This document shows positions 54,237-64,000 of a stretch of DNA of 64,000 nt, in pieces; the stretch's first letter is position 1; each line of letters opens with the position of its first letter. The notes beneath the pieces were generated by a model that was not told the origin of the DNA, made no database searches, and saw nothing but the letters and a program-made list of their open reading frames with translations. Both the position numbers and the translations under genes were made by a program. The DNA comes from Bugula neritina (Eukaryota; Animalia; Bryozoa). Where the stretch lies: assembly GCA_964035545.1 (NCBI GenBank), contig OZ037770.1, positions 13,568,642 to 13,632,641 on the forward strand. Direction: 5' to 3'.

Positions 54237-57200
54237 CTACAGTCCAGGAAAGAGGTAAAGTTTTCTCAGGTTGGTGAGGGTATCCCAGGCAATAACCAGC
54301 TGTCCATGGCCAAAATTTCTCTTCACACACAAATTTCTCACTTTAGCTTGTACCTGCAATGGATATGTAAACATTATATATATATTTTAGAATTTAGACA
54401 AATAATATGTACAACATAAAATATAATAGGAGAGGGCGAAACTGGCTGAACCAAAAAATGCAGTTTTGAGTATAAGTTTTGAAGTTTAAATTTATTGCAA
54501 ATCCAAAGACCAGCACCTAAAAATTAAACACATGTTGCTGTCTTTGCCCATTAAAACTAAATGTACAAACAATTTACTCACTAAGTTAGAGCCAATTATT
54601 TACCTGTAAGTTTTTTGGCACAACATGGTAAAGAAGGGCATACCTGTTTGAATATAGCGCAGAGATCATGGTGACCGGCATGTTTGTACATTGAAGATAC
54701 AAGAGCTCTGATCATTAGGGACCCATACACAGGATGCCGCCATGAAACAAATGCTAAAAGTGGAATCTCGATAGTTAGAAGTGATATATAGAATACAGAA
54801 CAGTATAGTATAACAACAGCATCATGATTTCAACCTTGCTGAAACAAGGTAATCTTATTTGAACAACAATCTAGACTCTAGAGTAATAATAAACCTTGTC
54901 AATTTTCACAAAAAAACTATATTTTAGACCTTAAAAGAAGAACTCTTAAACTGCTTAGAACATAGTTAAATAATTATTATGAAAAACAATTTGAATAAAA
55001 CAATATTCCAGTTCCAGTTACACATCACAACTGGTTGTCATAAACAGAAAGCTGATGTAATCAAATAACTGATGAAGTCAGAGGAAATATAGCTAAAGGC
55101 TGCAGTCAAAGTTTAAAAAATTGAAGTTTGAAATAATATGCTACACCCAAGTTGCAAGATCGAACATTAAATTATCTATTCACAATGAGACTTGAATAGA
55201 GTTTTGGTAAAAGTAGTGTGGATAATAAAGTTACACTCACATTCCACACTAGCTTTCACCACCAGTAAATCATCGTATACTAGTTTATGGTGAGAGTGAG
55301 TAGAGGAGCTGGCTTGCAAGTGGACCACATCATCATCAGCTTGAGGTTGGGAAGGTTTGACATCAGAATTCACGCTGGCATCAATGCTAATACCACCTGT
55401 TCTGTCTTCACATTTATTATAAAATAAAGTGTATTAATAGTAGTGAGCTGATGACGTTGACCTAATTACTGGTAGACTAGGCATGTGATTGGTCAATGCT
55501 ATAAGTTAGTCAGTAATACCTTCTATTGACAAATAATTTCGGCTTTGTAGCTGAGCGTTTTCAACTAAAATCAACTTCGGCTCACATCCAAACAGCTCAC
55601 CAAAATATGTGAAATGCTGTATAACCCTACTAGGGCAACAATGATGCTACATCATCCTGCTAGGATTTGCACCCCTATGCCATTATCACTACGATTCCCT
55701 TATCGTTCCCATTATGCGAGTGGATTTTTTTATTCGCCCCATGGAACTAGTTGCAAAACCTTCGATGAAAAAATTCCTTTCCATTATATGAATGATGGAA
55801 ATGGTTCCTTCGGTTAAATGGAATGAAACATTTTGTGACGGAAGCAGAGATCAGCAATTGTAGCGGCTAGTTCATAGTTACCCAATAATAATTATAAGTT
55901 ACAACCTGCACTAAAGTGTACTTCGGCTCATAACAATTTAAATTATTTCATTTATCTTAGCTGCTATTAGTTAAAATAATTACCTATCATCTTAAATTTA
56001 TAAAAATTTTCCGTAAGCCAAAGCATTCCCAAGCTAAAAATAAGTTGACAGCTATTTTCATTTTCTGCATCGAAACGCAGTGCCCATCAATAAAATTTTC
56101 ATAAACTTTTGAAAAATAGTTCAACACTGAAATGTTCACAAAGGATATGAGTCAAGACACACATCTGCCTATTAGCTATGATAATGAGCACTATGATCAA
56201 GTTCTACCAAGTTATGATCTTCCTAATCCAACATCTCACCTCCACTGCAAGCCTGTATGATAACGACCTTAGGTTTGCCGGCCATTCCTCGGAAGTTCAA
56301 GGGCGTCAGAAGGTCATAGACATCAATGAGACTGACTTTCTTCAAATCTGTGCCGTAGATGTAGTTGTCTTTGCTACCGTGAGACATGATCACCAAAACA
56401 TGGCAGCCAAAGTTCCCGTGTCCGTCATATCTAACTTCAGATTCCACTGCCTCTAGGATACCCTGAGGAGACGAATTAAAACATCTCAGTTAAAGTCTAC
56501 TCAGAACAGAATGGTAATCTATTCTAAACAGTGCTGGTCTGATGGTGCACATGCTACGCCAAGTTATTGCCTTAAATATTCATAGGTTTTCCTCCTTGAA
56601 GTTTCCCCAGACAAAACAAATAAAACTATAAGTGGCTGGACTTTATAAAATAAACCCAAATACTATTCATCTATAATACATTTACAATGTAGTTGCAGCT
56701 AAACCAAAAGGAGTTGATTTTACTTCAAAGTATAATTTTCTTACACTGAAGTTTTCACAAAAGAATACAGTAACTTACAGAAAGAATAGTGACTGGACGG
56801 CAGAAGAAAAATAGTATTCTATTAAATACATGTGCAGTCAAGCCAAAAAGAGTTGAACACTCAACGATGTTCAATAGTAACCATAGAACATATATAAAAC
56901 AATTATATTATCAATAGAGGTCAATAAGATCAATGATTACCGTAGCAGTAAGATTACTCTTGATCTCCACTTCAAACTTGAATTCTTGCAACATGGCTTC
57001 CATGTTCATCACGTCAACATCCGAGCCATCTCTCCGAGCCAATGCTGTTCCCTCAAAGTTCACATTGTTGATTATTAAGGCTCTACCCCTTGTTGGCGTC
57101 ATATCGAAAACCTAGAAAGTCAAGATCAATGGGAGGTTACAGTGAACACAGTGAGTTTATTTTCAATTTAATAGCAATTATGCTCTTGTGCTTAGCTCAG

Positions 57201-60200
57201 TGTGTAGTGTTGTTTGTAGTGTTGTGTGCTGGGTCACATATAGTGTTGTGCGTAATGTCAGGTGTAGTGTTGTACGTATTGTTGCAAATTATTTTTCAAC
57301 AAACGAGTATCAATATAATATTTGAATTATGAAAATCTCAACAAAAATCTAATCTATCTTTGTAGAGATACAAAACATAAGTGACATCTTTTTTTAAATT
57401 GATAGTTCAATATTCATTTTCTTTCTCTAGTCTTTGCCCTAAAAATTATTGAAATTGCAGTTCAAAAAAGAGAACAAATTCAAATAATATTGATTTTAGC
57501 AATATCAGACAACAGTATCACACGACTTACTATTTCAGTAACATCAGCCAATAGTGTCACATGACTTACTATTCCAACCAATAGTATCACACGACTCACC
57601 TTTTTAGTTTGACGAAGTTGTTTTATTTTATTATTGATTGTAGGTTTCACACTCCTTCTTATCAACACCTTTTCATCAGTGATGTCTCCACTGGGCAGCA
57701 GACATTCATCCTCATCGGAGAGATCACTCAAATCATCGTACTCTTCTGTTGTCATTTGGCGAGCTAGTTGGCCATGACCTCCTACTAGAGCAAACATATC
57801 AGTAACTTGAAACCTGTCAACTTAACTTAACGTTTTATTTCTGTATGTTAAATTTTTCTCCCCAACATCTTTTCCATAATGAACTTATATCAAGCAGCCA
57901 CATCTCTTTTTTATTTTGACAGAACAAATTTTAGAATAGATTTTGCAACAAAAAATGTGTTTTTAAAATAAGAAAACAAATACGTTTTTTCCTGTAGGTT
58001 GGTTAAATCTTGCTATTGAAGTTATAAAAGTAAGGTTTTTCCTTATTGAATTCATATCTAGCAGAAATAATTCATAACTTTGTTCGTTTATTAAACAGAA
58101 TAGATTTAATAAAACAGAATGTTCACGATAAAAAAGAAAATAAAAAAATTCACCACTTTCTGTGAAAAACCAGCAATGCTTCAACAACTCCTCAGCCGAG
58201 GGTCTTCTATCGTAGTTGTAATTGAAGATTATATCGAGGAAGTTTCTAGCATCTGAGTTGACAGAATGTTCCAGGTGGTACTGAGGTCTTTCCTTATTGC
58301 CAATTCTGAACATCATCTGAAAGTCTTTGAGCTGACACCATGGTGGTTGTTTGGTAAACATTTCAACCAGTGTGGCACCTACACTCCTACAATATATGGA
58401 GTTGATCTAAAAACTTTTCCTTCTATGAGATTTGGAGAATGTTTACCTTTTTAAAAAGACTAATATTCTCAAAAATCTGTCAGATTCCAGAGAATTCAAG
58501 GCAGGTGTGAGATGTAACCTCCTTGACACTGATTAGTTGCCGACTATTTTGGACTTGCACCTCCATTTAGGTCCCACCATTACCTCCACTTGGGTCCCAC
58601 CATTACCTCCACTTGGGTCCCACCATTACCTCCTTTTGGGTGACACCCCATATTATTTCCTTTCTCATTAAACTTATGGATGAAATAGAACAAACAAATT
58701 TTCAAATGGATATTCAATATGTTTCCATTGTCCAAAAGAACTCCTATTTGAGTTAGAATGACAAACCACATATTTCTATAGTCTCTAAAACAACTACAAT
58801 AAAACAGTCCTACCATTCTGCTAGCAACCAGTATAGCACTACGTGGTAATACAAACATGGTCAATATTAATTCAGTTCTACAGCCCTTTTCACTTCACTT
58901 GCTCTGCTTTGGTATTTTCGAAACTAATTTTACAATCACATCCATCAGTATAATATGAATGATGGATACATAAACACTGTTTTCTATTTACCAGATGTCC
59001 GCTTTCCTTCCATATTTTTCACCAGCAATAACCTCGGGCGCCATCCAATGCGCCGTACCGCAAATACCAGTACTGTGAGATCTCCTGCTAGCATATGTTG
59101 AAAACACATCGTATTTTGAAACACCAAAGTCTGCCAGTTTTATGTTGTCTTCATTGTCAAACAGTATATTTGAGCCTAAAATATATTGCAGTACACTAAG
59201 TCATTCACAAAGCAAGAAGAGCTGCAGTGGAAGTCAGGGTTGACGCGATTTGTAACATAAAATAGTTTGCGGCTGTTGTAAAAGATGGAGTGAACTGTGT
59301 TTAGTAGATTGAGGCATGGTTATATAGCAAATACAAAAAACACTTGTATATGTTGAAGATAGGAAGACAACATGAGCTGGATCTTTGCTATTTTCTAACT
59401 AGTAACTAGCTAGGACTGTACTGGTAACTAGCTAGGGCTGTACTGGTAACTGGCTAGGACTGTACTGGTAACTAGTTAGGACTGCACTGGTACTGTCAGA
59501 CTCAGTGAAACACTATCAGTTAACTAATGAAAACCGTTACTCATATTTTACTCTTTTCAAAATAAATGTAATGAAAACTTAAAAAACTCCTGAGAACTTA
59601 CCACAATATAAAATGTATAAAAGTAATAATAAAATCAGTATAGAACCTTTCAAATCTCTGTGCATTATGTGTTGTCTGTGAAGATAGGCGAGTCCCTCTA
59701 AGATTTGATAAGTGTATTCTTTGCATTTGTTTTCACTGAAAGCACCATCACGGTCTAGACGCATTCTAACTGATCCGCCGGGCATATACGCCATGTATAT
59801 ACACAGCAACTTGGTTTCTGTGTAGAAAATTACATAATAAAATAAGTAACAGTTTATACAAAATACGTCTATAAAAGTTATAAATAACGCTAAAAGACTA
59901 CTGAAAACAACTGAACAGACATACAGACAGATAAAAACAAAAAGTATGCAACATTTTGGATATAGAAACTAGGCTAGATTAACTCTGCTTTGTTTGATTC
60001 CTAATAAAGACATCAATACGAAACTGCATAGCAGCTAAAAAAATTTAGTTTAGAATATTTCAAGTTGACCAAAATTTGAAATTGTGCAGCTACTCCACGA
60101 TTGTTCCTAAAAAAGTAGCTCATATAATTTGTTTAGGGTACATTTTTAATTAAACAAACAACATATAAAGTACACATGTATATTAAACAACATATAAAGT

Positions 60201-61210
60201 ACACATATATATTAAACCATATATAAAGTACACATGTATATTAAACAATATATAAAGTACACATGTATATTAAACAATATATAAAGTACACATATATATT
60301 AAACAATATATAAAGTACACATGTATATTAAACAATATATAAAGTACACATATATATTAAACAACATATAAAGTACACATGTATATTAACACACCTGGTC
60401 CATGAACACCATTCCTATACTCTCTGCCATAGCATTCCAGAATATTCTTGTGATTCAATCGCCGCATTATTTCCACTTCCTGAATAGCTTTGTCTATTTC
60501 CTGAAAATAAATTTGAGAACTTAAGCTATCTTGAAATCTGAAGCTGTACACTTTGAGCAGGAAGAGTCATGTGACTAACCTCTTTATATTTCTTATTCTC
60601 AACCAATCCGAGCTCCACTTCCTTAACAGCTACCTCCATTCCACTCCTTCCATCCAGGTACTTGAAAACCTTGCCATATGCTCCAATACCGAGCAGATGT
60701 CCTCCAGATAGCTGGTCTAAAATCACAAAGACATTGAAGTGCAGACAAATTGTCAAATAAAAAAAATAAAATGAAAAAAGTTGTTAGCTAATGTTAAACA
60801 GGCAACTTGGAAATTTGAAATTTAAATGATATGATAAAAGTCATTAGCCTGTGACACTACACAATTAAGCAAGGTTTGCTCTAAATACTAGAGGCACTCA
60901 TGTCAAACAGCTGACCATAATTTATAGAATAATCTCCAAGTTGGATGACACCATCGGGATCATTGGAAGTCTCCATTTCCTCGTCAACATCTACAAACAT
61001 TCTTTTGACAAGTAAATATCTGCATCTACTAATTGTTAGTGAAGTTGCGATGTTTATCAGTAAGCATTGAAGTAAACAGAAAAATTAAATCTAATTTAGA
61101 CAAATACACTGACGTAAAAAAAACACTTCATAAAAATATCAAAAGCTCAAACCATTAGCAAATTCAATATTTAGTAACTCACCCCTCTGATTATTCTCGC
61201 TAGCACTCAT
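54237..61210 (-). CDS. MAP3K (MEKK2/3-like STE11 kinase)-caspase fusion protein, ~634 aa
   Basis: 13 in-phase exons: 61210-61183, 60990-60916, 60716-60580 (LGIGAYGKV, VAVKEV), 60500-60395, 59817-59647 (YMPGGSV, HRDLKG), 59175-58992 (SNIL, DFG, WMAPEVI, YGRKADIW), 58386-58154 (VEMFTKQPPW, RPSAEELLKH), 57784-57600 (acidic linker), 57111-56941 (RGRALIINN, RRDGSDVD), 56462-56240 (MSHG, KPKVVIIQACSG), ~55405-55241, 54753-54644 (FVSWRHPVYGS), 54353-54237 (KLYLFPGL*). Confidence 0.88.
55687..56082. mobile_element. Degenerate copy of the CACTGCGTTTCC-TIR MITE family in a caspase intron
   Basis: Left end cactacgattccctt...cattatgcgagtggatttttt parallels 15210-15250; right end atcgaaacgcagtg at 56069-56082. 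Confidence 0.6.
57500..57600. repeat. Three-copy repeat of the linker-exon donor site
   Basis: Minus strand reads gtgagtcgtgtgatactattgg / gtaagtcatgtgacactattgg / gtaagtcgtgtgatactgttg. Confidence 0.8.
58570..58633. repeat. 21-bp tandem repeat x3
   Basis: gtcccaccattacctccacttgg repeated. Confidence 0.85.
59396..59495. repeat. 21-bp tandem repeat, about 4 copies
   Basis: ggtaactagctaggactgtact repeated. Confidence 0.85.
60160..60390. repeat. 29-bp minisatellite (~8 copies) abutting the donor of kinase exon 60500-60395
   Basis: aca(a/c)atatataaagtacacat(g/a)tatatta repeated. Confidence 0.9.
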
Positions 61211-61583
61211 GGCAATAGGAACACAACTTATTCACCCTCTGCTTAATAGTACTCTGCACTAAAAGACAAGTTTTGCAGTAAATTATACTGATACTCAAAG
61301 TGACTGTGAGTGATAGTTTTAGTGTTTCATATAAACTAATGCTAATAGTAATAGTAACAGTAACAGTTTAGTAATAGTACTACTGGGAGTCTAAGTTAGT
61401 CTGAGTTTGCATAAATGTGCGACTAACTCAATTCGAAGCTGATAGTGAGATGTTATATAGTGTAGTATAGACTATAGTATAGTATAACTATAAGTATAAG
61501 ATAAAGATTAAGACTAGGTTACCGTTAAGGTTTATCAGTAAAACTAAAACTAAAAGTAAATGAAAGTAAAGTTGTACTTAATT

Positions 61584-62147
61584 CAAGGTTGGGGTCAATT
61601 AATAGTAAATTTAGGTAATTACAATTATACGAAAAATTGTCAATTACAAATACCATTACAGCTAAAAAGTGATGTAATTAATTACATTTACATGGTAATG
61701 TAATTTATTACAATTACAATTACTTTCATTCTCACAAGGGATAAAAGAAAGTTATACCATCTAGGGTCCAACTACCTGGGGCGACTTTGACAGTGGCGAA
61801 CTTTCTTTGTTTTCAACAGTGACTAAGAGGGTTATACAATACTACATTGAATTAATCTGAACTTGTTATTCAAGAGTAGACATGGTAAGAAAAATATGAA
61901 CTTTTTAAGATTTAAAAATTTGAAGTAATTGACGTCAACATGTAAGTATACAGTAATTGTAAAAATCAATAAAATTAGATATGTAATTAATTACTATTAT
62001 GACTTATGAGTATTACAATTACATTTTATCCCCCAACTAGTATTACGAATTACATTCAATTTGAATTACTATGAAAAATGTAATTAGTTCCACCCATTTT
62101 GATTTTGATTTACAAATACTGAAATAGAAACCCCAACCATCACCCTG
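61584..62147. mobile_element. Probable non-autonomous DNA transposon relic with AATTAC(A) subterminal repeats
   Basis: Left caaggttgggg and right ccccaacc...ccctg; many aattaca/tgtaatt motifs in both orientations near both ends. Confidence 0.45.
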
Positions 62148-64000
62148 GTAGTGGTACTTAGTCTCACAGTTATACTTACACTTACAGTTACAGTATAATA
62201 ATACTAATACTAATAGTATAAGTCTTAGTTATTTATCATAATGATAACATTATTAATAATTATTATGCTACTTAACATTATTAATATTAAAATTATAGTT
62301 ATTGCTTTATCATTACATTATCATAATCATTATCATTATGATTAAGCTTATACTTACAGGAAAATTAAAATCTAACTGTTTTACTTTTAACAATGAGTAT
62401 GAACTATTAACTTAATACTTATACTAGTTCAACCTAAAACTCGTACCGTTTAGTCGCAATGGAAACAGTTGCTTGAACCGAGTTCCTCAATAACTAGGCC
62501 TAGTACCGCTGAACTAAAAATGATATTTTTTCAGTTCAGTGTCTAGTACACCATGACCATAGCCAAAAACTGTTCGGTTTAGAGCATTTGTCACGCAGAG
62601 TGATGTTTACCCTTTGATATCATGCTAGGCTTGGAATCAAAACTTGTGCAACTCGGACTATTTTTCACAAACGCTAACCATTCTGACCCTCTGACCTTTC
62701 AGTTTGTCCTTGAAACATACGCAGGTATTCAGATTGGGATTTTCATTATAATTATGATCATGATAATGATTATCATTAGAACCCAAATTGAAGTTGCAAT
62801 TGCATTCCCTACCATTTCAAATTTTAACTATTTTTAACCGAAAAGCTGTTTCTTTTAATTTTGATTCAGCTAAGTTTATGATATCCGAGTAATTAAATTT
62901 CAATTTCATTTTGGCACTGTAAGTGTAAGTGAAAAAGTTAGTAACACTAACTGTAACTGTAAGTGTAACTCTAACTCAGTAAGTGTAACACTAACAGTAA
63001 CACGAACTGTGTAACTGTAAGTGTAAACTCAAACTGTGTAAGACTAACTCTAAGAGTAAGAGCAAGATTAACAGGAACTCGCTAACTCTAACTAAAGTCT
63101 AAGCAGCAAGTGTAGCTAACTTACTAAATCAGTAGCTGTAAGTGTAACAGTAACTGTAGCTCAAACTCAAACTGTAAGGGTTACTAAGACTAGTAAGTCA
63201 TAACATATTACTATTAAATAAGTGTATATAATAAAATAAAACCACGTCATCTCTGACAGTCACGATGACACTCAGTCTCACCCACTAACAGTAACTGAAA
63301 GTCCAAGTGAATTATTCTCATTTTATTTTTCTCAAATTTATATGATTGTAGTAAAATTGAAAGTCAAGTTCAACATCAAGAACCATAGGCTTACTCTTAG
63401 AGTTCTCTTGCTCACAAGCTTAAAGTGAAGGTAAAGAATAAGTATATTAATAATTGTTAATCTAATATTTACCTGTACCTCTTCTTGACGTGAAAGAGTC
63501 GGCCAAGCGAAGAAGGCCAGTGGCTAAACTAATAGTAATATAATAACAATACTATCACTAAAAGTAATAATAGCAATTGTGATTTAGATTAGGCTGAGAG
63601 CAATTTCATTTTGTAGAACTTTAAGAAAATAAAGTTTACAATCAGTATCACAATGGAAATAGTTATAACACTCAAATTCTATATCATAATCTTAAAGTTA
63701 ATGATAACCATTAACCGATAACATTAACTGACACTCCCTGTTAGACCCAGTTTTAACTCACTCTGATGATAATAAAGTAGTAGTAGGACTAAATTCTTAA
63801 ATTAAAAATAGTATCTATTTTAAAAAAATCTTAGAGTTTGAAAGGATTACATGGCTTGGTTTATGGCTGTTATGTTAAAGCTGACTGTGTTTTGCAATGG
63901 TTTGCCATGGTTACTTATTACTATGACTACTACTGTAACTATTATAGTGGCAGCTTGAACAACAATTAGTCTACGGCATATGGTTATACCTTAGACTTGG

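Noticed and set aside
57963-58153. Read-through tail that would end the kinase as a separate gene
   Set aside because: A good donor lies right after the kinase fold ends, the read-through is AT-rich and intron-like, and a phase-matched exon follows at 57784. It remains possible as a minor isoform.

Overview
AT-rich, intron-containing genomic DNA from an invertebrate animal (GT-AG introns, tRNA-derived SINEs, MITEs; no prokaryotic features). I assembled seven spliced protein-coding genes by hand from splice sites and reading-frame phase. (1) KDM1A/LSD1, minus strand, with its 3' part outside the window. (2) A 2-exon signal-anchored LRR protein, head-to-head with LSD1. (3) MPC1, which needs a 4-nt microexon that I located at 14956-14959. 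(4) A type I membrane protein with a divergent SUEL-lectin-like domain and a mucin stalk. (5) A large MAM-MAM-mucin-MAM-CUB-MAM-CUB single-pass receptor with a cassette array of Thr-rich mini-exons. (6) A stand-alone IPCEF1/CNK-type PH protein. (7) The main find: a 13-exon, ~634-aa open reading frame that fuses an intact MEKK2/3-like MAP3K kinase domain to a complete caspase with its catalytic residues intact (SHG, QACSG, SWR), joined by an acidic linker with DxxD sites. A second theme is minisatellites that amplify the splice sites of adjacent exons. All homology calls come from motif recognition, not from database searches.
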